Positions 14,886-24,193 of a stretch of 64,000 bases of DNA are shown one piece after another. Position numbers and translations under genes: made by a program. The DNA is from Ruminococcus sp. Phil15 (lineage in GTDB: Bacteria > Bacillota > Clostridia > Oscillospirales > Ruminococcaceae): contig MSHC01000001.1 of NCBI GenBank assembly GCA_001940995.1, forward strand, positions 61,028-125,027, read 5' to 3'. Under the pieces are notes generated by a model. That model worked only from the letters and a program-made list of their open reading frames with translations. It searched no databases and was not told the DNA's origin. The first letter of the stretch is position 1. Each line of letters opens with the position of its first letter.

Positions 14886-16376
14886 TTATTTCTCCAGATT
14901 GAAAAACACCTCAGGCAGAGTCTCGATTATGTCACGGGCAATAACCCCTCGCTCGGATCTAGTTTCTGTCAGCATTTCCGCACTTCTGCCAAGCACAAAG
15001 CTTGCAACAGCGCAAGCTTTAGGAATTTCCATTCCCTGCGCAATAAGCGACGCAGTTATGCCGGCAAGCACATCACCGCTGCCGCCCTTTGAAAGCGCCG
15101 TGTTGCCCCTGTTTGTGAGGTAACATTCCGTATCGGATACAATGATCGTCTCCGCAGCCTTTGACATTACCGTTACGCCGCAGTCCTCGCAAAGCTTTGC
15201 TGCCAAAGAGTATCTATCTTGCGGCACAGCGTTAAGTCCGCACAGCCTTGCAAGCTCCATAGGGTGGGGAGTAAGTAAAACGTTTGCCTTAGTGCTTTTC
15301 AGTATATCTATATTCTCCGAAAGACAATTTATTCCGTCTGCGTCAATAACGACCGGGCATTCCGCACAGGAAAGAGTTACCTGAAGCAGCTTTTTGGTAT
15401 ATTCGTTGTTCTGCAAGCCGCAGCCGATAAGCACGCAGTCTGCAAGAGCTATTGCATTCTGAAGTTCGTCGTATCCGCCGCTTATGCATCCGTTTTCCTC
15501 AGGCAAGGGCGTATAGACAGCTTCAAAAACGCTCTGAGCTACCGCAGCCGCTACCGATTTTGCTGTGCACAAATTTACAAGACCCGCACCGCTCCTGAGC
15601 GCCGACATTGTGGACATCGCTCCTGCCCCGATGTATTTTCCGCTTCCGCAGACTGCGAGAACTCTGCCGAACGTACCCTTGTGTCCGTAAGGCTTGCGGT
15701 ATGGGAGCATCTCTCTTGCCATTTTTTCGGTGAGCAGGGTTATCGGCTTATTGCAGTCCGCCTCATCTGGTATCCCTATATCGCACACCTTGTTTTCGCC
15801 GCAAAGATATTTCGCCGGCGAAAGGTATGTGCCGAGCTTTGGTGCGTGGAACGAAACAGTCATATCAAAGCGTATAACGTTTTTGTCCGCCTCGCCCGTC
15901 AGCGCATTGACTCCTGAAGGCAGGTCGCAGGCGATTTTGCAGGAATCCGTTTTTCCTGCATCGCATAGAATTTCGGCTATGTTCTGCGGCAGACTGCCCC
16001 TGAAGCCCGTGCCGAAAATGCAGTCGCAGATTACGTCGTAGGTCTTATAGTCAGGCTTTTCCACGATCCCAACATCATCGGAAAGCCTTCCAAAAGCACT
16101 TTTCGCAAGCTCTGTTTTAGGCTCTCCCATACAAAGCATAACGCTGGCAGAGATTCCCGATTTTGCAAGAATTTCAGCCGCAACAAACCCGTCGCCGCCG
16201 TTGTTTCCGTTTCCGCACAGGAACAAAGCTTTTTTGAAGAAACGCTCGTAGCAGAGCTTCCTTAAACATTCCGCCAGTGCGTTTCCTGCACCGTCCATAA
16301 GCGTTGCTAGCGACACGCCGCATCTCTCGCTTTGTGCCTCGCAGTCTGCCATCTGCCTTGGCGTCAGTATATTCAT
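14886..16376 (-). CDS. nnr: bifunctional NAD(P)H-hydrate repair enzyme (epimerase/ADP-dependent dehydratase)
   Basis: YjeF_N motif GNGNNGGDGFVAA and C-terminal kinase-fold motif GGSGDVLAG. Confidence 0.85.
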   Translation of the reverse strand: MNILTPRQMADCEAQSERCGVSLATLMDGAGNALAECLRKLCYERFFKKALFLCGNGNNGGDGFVAAEILAKSGISASVMLCMGEPKTELAKSAFGRLSDDVGIVEKPDYKTYDVICDCIFGTGFRGSLPQNIAEILCDAGKTDSCKIACDLPSGVNALTGEADKNVIRFDMTVSFHAPKLGTYLSPAKYLCGENKVCDIGIPDEADCNKPITLLTEKMAREMLPYRKPYGHKGTFGRVLAVCGSGKYIGAGAMSTMSALRSGAGLVNLCTAKSVAAAVAQSVFEAVYTPLPEENGCISGGYDELQNAIALADCVLIGCGLQNNEYTKKLLQVTLSCAECPVVIDADGINCLSENIDILKSTKANVLLTPHPMELARLCGLNAVPQDRYSLAAKLCEDCGVTVMSKAAETIIVSDTECYLTNRGNTALSKGGSGDVLAGITASLIAQGMEIPKACAVASFVLGRSAEMLTETRSERGVIARDIIETLPEVFFNLEK

Positions 16377-16750
16377 AAGCTATCTCCCTTTCCATATGCA
16401 ATTACAACAGCCGTTGCGTATAAGTCCGAGTGGCTTATGCTTACGGTAAAGCTAAGCGACATATCCTCGGCAAGCTTCTTGGCATTGCCGTTTAAGCGGA
16501 TATAGGGTGCGCCAAGCTCGTCCCTAAGCACCTCGACCTCGTTCATCGAAAATCCCTCAACGCCCGTGCCGAGCGATTTTGCAAACGCTTCCTTTGCCGC
16601 CCAGTTGCCCGCCATAGACTCATACGGCTTTTTGCGTGACGAAAAAAGGGTCTGCTCGGCATCTGAGTAAACCCTTTTGATAAAGCTCTCACGCTGAGCG
16701 CTCTTTTCTATTCTGTTTATTTCAACAATATCAGTTCCGACTCTCAGCAT
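16373..16750 (-). CDS. acpS: holo-[acyl-carrier-protein] synthase
   Basis: MLRVGTDIVEINRI is a typical AcpS N-terminus. ATG at 16750 lies 5 nt after GGTGG; the ORF-track start is 16759. Confidence 0.8.
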   Translation of the reverse strand: MLRVGTDIVEINRIEKSAQRESFIKRVYSDAEQTLFSSRKKPYESMAGNWAAKEAFAKSLGTGVEGFSMNEVEVLRDELGAPYIRLNGNAKKLAEDMSLSFTVSISHSDLYATAVVIAYGKGDSL

Positions 16751-16761
16751 TTTGTCCACCG

Positions 16762-17280
16762 TTACTTTCTTAATTCTCTTGGGAAGAACGGCTTTAATTC
16801 CTCAACAAATTCATCACTCGGTGTGAAAACGAGGTAGCATAGCCCAAAGTTTTTGTGCTTGCATTCGAGATAGTAGTCCCCGTCCGAGCATAGGTTGTCT
16901 GTCGCATCTATTACGGTATGCTCGGAAGCGAAAATCTCCGCTCTCTTTTCGTCGGATATCTTTCCGAAATCCATTATGGACGGAATGTCAATAGTAGCAA
17001 GACGCTTTCTCTTTCTCTGACCCATTATCTTGTCGATGTCAAGGTCGCCGTTTGTGAAGATGTATTCATATTCCACACGCTTCATTGCTGCGTAGTAGTA
17101 GGTTCCGTAAAAGCCTGCCATTATAGCAAAAAGCACAAACCCGATAAACGGCGCAATGACCTGCATAGAAAGCACCGAAAGGATAAGCGCAAGAGTGCAT
17201 AGAAAAATAAGTCCGAATATTTTAAGCTTGTCTTTTGTGTCCTGGTATCTTGTTACCATATATTCCTTGAATGTATCCAT
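16762..17280 (-). CDS. hypothetical membrane protein (two predicted TM helices)
   Basis: 172-aa ORF with hydrophobic segments IFGLIFLCTLALILSVL and FIGFVLFAIMAGFYG. I recognised no family. Confidence 0.5.
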   Translation of the reverse strand: MDTFKEYMVTRYQDTKDKLKIFGLIFLCTLALILSVLSMQVIAPFIGFVLFAIMAGFYGTYYYAAMKRVEYEYIFTNGDLDIDKIMGQRKRKRLATIDIPSIMDFGKISDEKRAEIFASEHTVIDATDNLCSDGDYYLECKHKNFGLCYLVFTPSDEFVEELKPFFPRELRK

Positions 17281-17445
17281 TTTTTATAAAGCTCCGTTCC
17301 AAAATATAATACAGTAATTATAGCATAGTTTTTTACATTTTACAAGTAAAATTCACAATTCCAACCACTTGTAAAAAGCTTTGCGTTGTGTTATACTTGA
17401 AATGCAGGAAAAATTTGAAAGGAGGCATATTCCGATAACCGGGGT

Positions 17446-18318
17446 ATGACTTTTGGTATGATATACACTATAACATCGGGCAATATGACAGCTAAAATTT
17501 CAACAATGGGCGGCGAGCTTTGCTCTTTTGTAAAGGACGGCAGGGAATATCTCTGGCAGGCAGGAGATGCGTGGAACAGACACGCACCCATACTCTATCC
17601 TTTTATATGCTCGCCAAAGGATAAAGCCTATCTCGCAGGCGGAAAGCAGTATAAAATGAAGGCGAACCACGGCTTTGCAAGAGATTTGGAGTTCCAGCTC
17701 GTGCATATTGCAGACGATTTCGTTGTTCTCTGCCTTGAAGATAATATAGAAACCAAGTCGCAGTATCCATACCGCTTTAAGCTTTATGTGAAATACTGCT
17801 TTGAGAACGGCAGACTCGTAAATTCATTCAGAGTGGTGAACCCGTCCGATAAAACGACCTATTTCTATCTCGGCGGCCACCCTGCGTTCAATTGTCCCCT
17901 TGACGAGGGACTTTCGTTCGACGATTACTATGTAGAGTACGAAAAGAGCGAGAATGTGATGCAGTACCTTGACGGCGGAAAAGAGATTGAGATTTTAAAG
18001 AACGATAACAAAATTCCCCTAACAAGAGCGATTTTCGACAACGACGTTATTATGAAGGACGCGCCGAACTCAAAGGCTATATCTCTTAAATCCGACAAGG
18101 GAGAAAGCTCGGTAACGCTCTATTATCCGCAGAGCAACTGTATCGCAGTCTGGTCTCCGACAGCAAACGACGACGCAAAATTTGTCTGCCTGGAGCCGTG
18201 GACATCTGTTCCCGTGTACTGCGACGACGAATTTCCCGATATCGAGAAAAAGCCGCACGCAATATCTTTACAGCCGGGCGAAACTTTCGATTACAGATAT
18301 GATATAGAAGTCAGGTAA
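17446..18318 (+). CDS. aldose 1-epimerase family protein (LacX/YihR-like)
   Basis: The N-terminus MIYTITSGNMTAKISTMGGELCSF resembles LacX-type mutarotase-fold proteins. The start could instead be 17458. Confidence 0.6.
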   Translation: MTFGMIYTITSGNMTAKISTMGGELCSFVKDGREYLWQAGDAWNRHAPILYPFICSPKDKAYLAGGKQYKMKANHGFARDLEFQLVHIADDFVVLCLEDNIETKSQYPYRFKLYVKYCFENGRLVNSFRVVNPSDKTTYFYLGGHPAFNCPLDEGLSFDDYYVEYEKSENVMQYLDGGKEIEILKNDNKIPLTRAIFDNDVIMKDAPNSKAISLKSDKGESSVTLYYPQSNCIAVWSPTANDDAKFVCLEPWTSVPVYCDDEFPDIEKKPHAISLQPGETFDYRYDIEVR

Positions 18319-18330
18319 GGAGTATAAAGA

Positions 18331-18771
18331 ATGAAACTCGTTGTTCAAAGGGTAACAAGCGCCTCGGTCGAGGTTGACGGCAAAATCGTGGGCAGTATCG
18401 GGAACGGCTACCTCGTGCTTTTCGGGGCAGGAAAGGGCGACGCTTTAGCCATGTGCGATAAGCTTGCAGATAAGCTTTCAAAGCTCAGAATTTTCTCCGA
18501 CGAGAACGGCAAAATAAATCTCTCGCTCGGCGACGTGGGCGGAGATGTCCTGCTGGTGTCGCAGTTTACTCTCTATGCCGACTGCTCTCACGGCAACAGA
18601 CCAAGCTTTGTAAACGCCGCACCGCCGCAGGAAGCAAACGACCTGTACGAGTATTTTGCAAAGGCGCTTTCCGAGCGTATTTCCGGCAGGGTCGAAACGG
18701 GCGTTTTCGGCGCTGATATGAAGGTAAAGCTTTTAAACGACGGGCCGTTTACGGTAATTCTGGAGGCGTAG
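18331..18771 (+). CDS. dtd: D-aminoacyl-tRNA deacylase
   Basis: MKLVVQRV... and the SQFTLYAD motif. Confidence 0.9.
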   Translation: MKLVVQRVTSASVEVDGKIVGSIGNGYLVLFGAGKGDALAMCDKLADKLSKLRIFSDENGKINLSLGDVGGDVLLVSQFTLYADCSHGNRPSFVNAAPPQEANDLYEYFAKALSERISGRVETGVFGADMKVKLLNDGPFTVILEA

Positions 18772-18774
18772 CCT

Positions 18775-19125
18775 ATGGGACTTCAGATATTCGGAAAATC
18801 AAAGTGCTTCGACACTAAGAAAGCACAGCGCTATTTCAAAGAGCGTGGCATAAAGTTTCAGTTTGTCGATTTGTCGCAAAAGGAAATGAGCAAGGGCGAG
18901 CTTCAGAGCGTAATCTCAGCCGTCAAGGGGATAGACAACATCATAGACTTCGACGGAAAATCGCAGGACGCAGTGCTTATGAGGTATCTGGGTTCGGATG
19001 CGGAGAAGCTGCAAAAGCTTATCGAAAATCCAATGCTTCTCAAAACTCCGATTGTAAGACTCGGCAAACTCGCAACAGTCGGATATTGCCCCGATATTTG
19101 GAAGACGTGGGACGTAAACAAGTAA
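18775..19125 (+). CDS. ArsC/Spx-family small redox protein
   Basis: 116 aa with an N-terminal KCFDTKKAQRYFKERGIKFQFVDL pattern. Confidence 0.65.
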   Translation: MGLQIFGKSKCFDTKKAQRYFKERGIKFQFVDLSQKEMSKGELQSVISAVKGIDNIIDFDGKSQDAVLMRYLGSDAEKLQKLIENPMLLKTPIVRLGKLATVGYCPDIWKTWDVNK

Positions 19126-19134
19126 ATATCCGCT

Positions 19135-19180
19135 TCTCCTGTTCCCCGATTTTTTGGGGGAACAGGGGGAGCGTTTTGTT
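19135..19180 (+). terminator. intrinsic terminator
   Basis: Stem CTCCTGTTCCCC/GGGGAACAGGGGGAG followed by a T-rich tail. Confidence 0.6.
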
Positions 19181-19225
19181 TTTAAAATTTTTTCGATTTC
19201 AAACGATTAAGATTTTTGCACCCCC

Positions 19226-19254
19226 TTGAAAAAGACAGGTAGATGTGATACAAT
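19226..19254 (+). promoter_or_regulatory. promoter of the GH94 gene
   Basis: TTGAAA-17 nt-TACAAT. The -10 context ATGTGATACAATA is identical to that at 24140-24152. Confidence 0.55.
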
Positions 19255-19323
19255 AGCTATAAGCTTGGGCAGAGCGGAAAAATATGCCCGAAAAAATTAC
19301 AAAAATATATAGGAGAAGATAAT

Positions 19324-21732
19324 ATGAGATACGGACATTTTGACCTCGAAAACAAAGAGTATGTCATCACAAGACCCGATACTCCCGCACCTTGGGCGAA
19401 CTATTTGGGTTCTCCGGCTTACGGCGCAATCATTTCAAATAACGCAGGAGGATACAGCTTCGTGCAGAGCGGAGCTAACGGAAGAATTGCCCGTTACAGA
19501 TTTAATTCCAATATGGCGCTTCCGGGAAGATATGTTTATATCAGAGATAACGATACAAGCGATTACTGGTCTGCTTCATGGCAGCCTGTCGGCAAGCCGC
19601 TAGATCAGTACAAGTCCGAGTGCCGCCACGGTACTGCATACACCGTTATGACGGCCGAGTATGCGGGCATAAAGTCTGAAACTACCTACTATGTTCCGCT
19701 TAATAAGACATATGAGGTGTGGAGAGCTAAGATCACTAACGTTTCCGGAAAGTCAAGAAACCTCTCAACATACGGCTTCATCGAGTTCACAAACGAGAAC
19801 AACTACGAGCAGGATCAGGTAAATCTGCAGTATACCCTCTTTATCACAAGAACCTCATTTGAAGATAATAAGATTTTACAGCATATCAACGAAAACAGCG
19901 GCAAGGACGCAACAGGCTCAAATAACAGAGAAAGATTTTTCGGTATGGTAGGCGCTCCCGTGTCTGCATATAACGGAAACCTCGACAGCTTTATCGGTCC
20001 TTACAGAACATACTCAAACCCTATCGTTGTTGAAAGCGGCAAGTGCGACGGCGTTCTTAACTACAATTCAAACGCCTGCGGCGCACTTCAGTCCGATATC
20101 ACGCTCGCTGACGGAGAAACAGCTGAGCTTATCTACGTCCTCGGTCAGAGAAACAATGCCGCAGCTAACGAGATCCTCGACAGCTACAAGACAGCAGGCA
20201 AGGTCGACGAGGAAATCGCAGAGCTTAAAAATTACTGGCACACAAAGCTTGAAAATTTCGTAGTCAAGACTCCTAGCGAAGAATTTAACAATATGGTCAA
20301 CGTATGGAACGCATATCAGTGCTTTATCACATTCATCTGGTCGAGAGCAGCGTCGTTTATCTACTGCGGACTCAGAAACGGCTACGGCTACCGTGATACA
20401 GTGCAGGATATACAGGGTATCATTCATATCGACCCTGAGCTTGCGGCAGAGAAGATCAGATTTATGATCTCCGCACAGGTCGATAACGGCGGAGGACTCC
20501 CTCTCGTTAAGTTCAACCACAACGCAGGTCACGAAACAACGCCTGACGAGAACGACGAAAATTCTGTTTACGCTAAGGAAACAGGACACCCGTCATACAG
20601 AGCCGATGACGCACTGTGGCTGTTCCCGACGGTACTCAAGTATATCGGCGAGAGCGGAAACAAGGCATTCCTCGACGAGGTTATCGTTTATGCAAACGGC
20701 GGCGAGGATACTGTTTACGACCACCTCAAGAACGCTATCCGCTTCTCTATGGAAAGACTCGGCGCACACAAGATGCCGGCAGGTCTCCATGCTGACTGGA
20801 ACGACTGCCTCAGAATGGGCAAGAAGGGCGAGTCAACATTCGTTGCGTTCCAGCTTTACTACGCAATGAGCGTAATTAAGGACTGGGCAGCCGAAAGAAA
20901 CGACACAGATTATGTCGCATATATCGAAAAGGTACAGGCAGAGCTTGGTGAAAGCCTCGCAGACTGCTGGGACGAGGACAGATTTATCCGTGGTATCAGA
21001 GAGAACGGCGTAGTTGTAGGCGCAAAGAACGACAAGGAAGCAAGTATGTGGCTCAACCCGCAGTCATGGTCCGTTATCTCCGGCTTTGCTTCAAGCGAGC
21101 AGGCTAACACGGCAATGGATAAGGTTCACGAAATTCTCAATACTCCTTACGGAGTAAAGATTATGGAGCCTCCATACGTTGACAACTACTTTGACGGCGC
21201 ACTTATGCACATCTTTAATCCGGATACAAAGGAAAACGGCGGTATCTTCTCCCAGACGCAGGGCTGGGCAATCCTCGCTGAATCACTCCTCGGACACGGC
21301 AACCGTGCATTTGAATACTTTATGGAAAGCTCGCCTGCCGCAATGAATGATAAGGCGGAGATCAGAGTCCTCGAACCATACGTTCACGGCCAGTTTACCG
21401 AGTCTACACGCTCGCCGTTCGCAGGACGTTCACACGTTCATTGGCTCACAGGTACAGGCTCTACTGTAATGGTAGGCTGTGTTGAGGGTATCTGCGGTAT
21501 GCGTCCGAACGCCAACGGACTCGTAATCAGCCCGTCTATCCCGTCTGCTTGGGACGGCTTCACGATCGACAAGAAGTTCAGAGGAAAGAATATCCATATT
21601 GATATTCAGAATCCTAACCACGTTGAAAGCGGAGTTAAGTCTATGGTAGTAAACGGCGAAACTATCGAGGGCAACTTCCTCTGCGAGTGCAAGATGACCG
21701 AAAATACAAACGTTACAATCGTACTGGGTTAA
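19324..21732 (+). CDS. GH94 cellobiose/cellodextrin phosphorylase family protein
   Basis: 802 aa. The N-terminus MRYGHFDLENKEYVITRPDTPAPWANYLG closely matches known cellobiose phosphorylases. Confidence 0.85.
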   Translation: MRYGHFDLENKEYVITRPDTPAPWANYLGSPAYGAIISNNAGGYSFVQSGANGRIARYRFNSNMALPGRYVYIRDNDTSDYWSASWQPVGKPLDQYKSECRHGTAYTVMTAEYAGIKSETTYYVPLNKTYEVWRAKITNVSGKSRNLSTYGFIEFTNENNYEQDQVNLQYTLFITRTSFEDNKILQHINENSGKDATGSNNRERFFGMVGAPVSAYNGNLDSFIGPYRTYSNPIVVESGKCDGVLNYNSNACGALQSDITLADGETAELIYVLGQRNNAAANEILDSYKTAGKVDEEIAELKNYWHTKLENFVVKTPSEEFNNMVNVWNAYQCFITFIWSRAASFIYCGLRNGYGYRDTVQDIQGIIHIDPELAAEKIRFMISAQVDNGGGLPLVKFNHNAGHETTPDENDENSVYAKETGHPSYRADDALWLFPTVLKYIGESGNKAFLDEVIVYANGGEDTVYDHLKNAIRFSMERLGAHKMPAGLHADWNDCLRMGKKGESTFVAFQLYYAMSVIKDWAAERNDTDYVAYIEKVQAELGESLADCWDEDRFIRGIRENGVVVGAKNDKEASMWLNPQSWSVISGFASSEQANTAMDKVHEILNTPYGVKIMEPPYVDNYFDGALMHIFNPDTKENGGIFSQTQGWAILAESLLGHGNRAFEYFMESSPAAMNDKAEIRVLEPYVHGQFTESTRSPFAGRSHVHWLTGTGSTVMVGCVEGICGMRPNANGLVISPSIPSAWDGFTIDKKFRGKNIHIDIQNPNHVESGVKSMVVNGETIEGNFLCECKMTENTNVTIVLG

Positions 21733-21752
21733 TATTTTATAGGCAATAATAT

Positions 21753-21790
21753 CCGGCCAAGCTGTCTTTCACGGCTTGGCTGTTTGCTTT
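21753..21790 (+). terminator. intrinsic terminator
   Basis: Imperfect stem CGGCCAAGCTG/CGGCTTGGCTG followed by TTTGCTTTT. Confidence 0.5.
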
Positions 21791-21802
21791 TAGCGTATCT
21801 CT

Positions 21803-21834
21803 TTTTGAAAAAGCTATTGAATGCTTTTTCAAAA
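21803..21834. promoter_or_regulatory. 12-bp perfect inverted repeat bracketing the -35 of the CotH-1 promoter
   Basis: TTTTGAAAAAGC-8 nt-GCTTTTTCAAAA. The promoter TTGAAT (21817-21822)-17 nt-TATAGT (21840-21845) is embedded in it. Confidence 0.45.
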
Positions 21835-21880
21835 TATAGTATAGTAGATGTAGAATTATCTCACAGGAGGTATACCTTGT

Positions 21881-23479
21881 ATGAAATTCCGAAAAATGCT
21901 TATCCCGATTGTAACAGCTCTGCTCCTCGTAGGCTGTACCGGGTCAGACAGCGGCTCAAAAGCCGTTTCCTCCGATTTAAGTTCCGATACGGCAAATAAT
22001 TCAAGCTCCGGCGGCGACAGGACAAACGGCGATGCTGTGATACCTTTGCTTTCTATTGAAACCGTCGAGCAGGGCGGGAACGTGATGGACTTTGTAACAA
22101 AGCCTGTCACACGCTATGTCGCGGAACAAATAGCAAGCTGGACCCCCGGCTATGTAATGCCGCCCGAGACATATTATGAGCTTTGCAATATAACGCTTGC
22201 AGACGAGGACGGCGGCGTGTTGCTGGATTCTGCCGAAGCGCAGGTAAAGGTGCGTGGCAACTGGACTACGACCTACGATAAAAAGGCTCTGCGGATTAAG
22301 TTTACCGAGAAACAGAATATGCTCGGCCTTAACGACGGCGCACAGATGAAAAACTGGATTCTGCTTTCGGAGTATAAAGATGCGTCAATGCTCAGGAACA
22401 AGACAGCCCTTTCTATTGCAAGCGAAATTCTGGAAAAGGACGGACTCTATACCTCCGACGCAGAGCTTGTCGAGGTCGAAATCAACGGAGAGTACTGGGG
22501 TGTGTATCTCCTTGCGGAAATGCAGCAGATAAACGCAGACAGAGTAAACATCACCGAAGCGGAGCAGGACTACACAGGCACGGATATCGGCTACTTTTTA
22601 GAAATGGACGGCTATTATATGCACGAGCCTGAATTGCAGCAGTTCCACGTTGACTATGCTGACAACGCACCGCTTGTTCCTTATGACGGAAACGGCGGCA
22701 GCGGAAAAACGATGAAGTGCTTTGGCGGCGAAAAAAAGGATATAGGATTCTCTATCAAAAGCGATATATATTCGCAGGAGCAGCACGACTTTATCGCAGA
22801 CTATGTAAATAACGTCTATAATATTATGTACTACGCCGCATACGAGGATAAGGCATATATATTTAATTCGGACTTCACCGAAATATACGAGGACTCATCT
22901 ATCACCCCTCAGGAGGCTGTCGAAAGGGTGATTAACGTAAATTCTCTTGCAGATATGTATATCGTCAGCGAGCTTACCTGCGACGCCGATATATACTGGT
23001 CAAGTTTCTTTATGAGCGTGGATTTCGGCGAAGGAGGCTCTGAAAAGCTTACCTTTGAAGCTCCGTGGGACTTTGACTCGTCAATGGGCAACAAGGACCG
23101 TTGCGCCGACGGAACAGGCTTCTATGCCGCAAACACCGTACCCGACGTAGACGGAAACTATATGACGATAAATCCTTGGCTCGCCGTGCTTATGTACGAG
23201 GACTGGTTTACCGATATTATAAAAGATAAGTGGACGGGCGCATACGACGACGGAGTTTTCGAGCGTGCGTATGAAAGACTGGAAAACGACAAGACAAGCT
23301 GTGCGGAAGCCTTCGACAGAAATTACGACAAGTGGAATAATATCATCAACAACCAGTCGTTTGCAAACGAGCTTTGCAGTGCCGCCGCAAGCTGTAAAAC
23401 ACAGGCAGAGGCGGCGGACTACCTCTCTGAATGGCTTAAAGCAAGAGTCGGATTTTTAAACGAACAGTGGCATAAATAG
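21881..23479 (+). CDS. CotH-family (atypical kinase fold) lipoprotein
   Basis: Lipobox LLVGC. CotH-like core VKVRGNWTT...KKALRIKF...GEYWGVYLLAEMQQINADRV. Paralog of 43163-44905. Confidence 0.7.
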   Translation: MKFRKMLIPIVTALLLVGCTGSDSGSKAVSSDLSSDTANNSSSGGDRTNGDAVIPLLSIETVEQGGNVMDFVTKPVTRYVAEQIASWTPGYVMPPETYYELCNITLADEDGGVLLDSAEAQVKVRGNWTTTYDKKALRIKFTEKQNMLGLNDGAQMKNWILLSEYKDASMLRNKTALSIASEILEKDGLYTSDAELVEVEINGEYWGVYLLAEMQQINADRVNITEAEQDYTGTDIGYFLEMDGYYMHEPELQQFHVDYADNAPLVPYDGNGGSGKTMKCFGGEKKDIGFSIKSDIYSQEQHDFIADYVNNVYNIMYYAAYEDKAYIFNSDFTEIYEDSSITPQEAVERVINVNSLADMYIVSELTCDADIYWSSFFMSVDFGEGGSEKLTFEAPWDFDSSMGNKDRCADGTGFYAANTVPDVDGNYMTINPWLAVLMYEDWFTDIIKDKWTGAYDDGVFERAYERLENDKTSCAEAFDRNYDKWNNIINNQSFANELCSAAASCKTQAEAADYLSEWLKARVGFLNEQWHK

Positions 23480-23492
23480 CTATAAAAACAAT

Positions 23493-23536
23493 CAAGCCTG
23501 AGAAGATTATTATTTCTTCTCAGGCTTGGCTTTTTC
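23493..23536. terminator. stem-loop terminator shared by convergent genes
   Basis: 13-bp stem CAAGCCTGAGAAG/CTTCTCAGGCTTG. It overlaps the last codons of the minus-strand ORF. Confidence 0.6.
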
Positions 23537-24004
23537 CGCCGATGCCAGTATTATATCCGACAGCTTGGAGCCCTGCGGAAATCTTTTCTTAAATAGCTCA
23601 GCCGAACGCATAAACCCGTCTGCGCAGTTATCGCAGCACATAAGCTCGTTCTTGCAGTCAATAGCGAGCGAGATAAGCTTTTTCTGCCACTTAAACGGAT
23701 ATGCAAAGCGAAAGCATTTTAGTATCCTTTCAAGCCCCGCATTTTCAGGTTTTTCGGGCATTATCCCGCAGATCCATAACTCGCATACGTCAATTGCCTT
23801 AAAAAGCAGGCCGGGGTTTTGCAGATAGAACAAAACGCTATTTGTATTTCTCTCGTCATCGGGCAGTATAGAAAGCCCCAGCAAAAGGGCATTTTTAACA
23901 TAAAGTGAGCAGTCGCCAAAGCTGCCGCAGAAGATATCTATGTCGGATATTTTCGGCAGATACGGTCTTTTGATTTTGCGGTATGTCACTTTCATTCCGG
24001 CCAC
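23510..24004 (-). CDS. hypothetical Cys-rich protein
   Basis: 164-aa ORF with no recognisable family. Coding status is inferred from length and position only. Confidence 0.4.
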   Translation of the reverse strand: MAGMKVTYRKIKRPYLPKISDIDIFCGSFGDCSLYVKNALLLGLSILPDDERNTNSVLFYLQNPGLLFKAIDVCELWICGIMPEKPENAGLERILKCFRFAYPFKWQKKLISLAIDCKNELMCCDNCADGFMRSAELFKKRFPQGSKLSDIILASAEKAKPEKK

Positions 24005-24121
24005 TCCCTAGTTAAGCTTCTATGTTCATATTATAGCACCGTCTGTATTGTAATGTCAATAAATGCTGCGGTTTCCGCAAATTGTTGATATGTATAGGCT
24101 CTGAACCACAACCTGTTGTAG

Positions 24122-24150
24122 TTGAAAATTTTTGTAAAATGTGATACAAT
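24122..24150 (+). promoter_or_regulatory. promoter of the GH95-GH26 unit
   Basis: TTGAAA-17 nt-TACAAT with TGTG upstream of the -10. Confidence 0.55.
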
Positions 24151-24193
24151 ATAGATGTATATAATCTTATAAGGAGTAACGGCTTTTGCCGTT

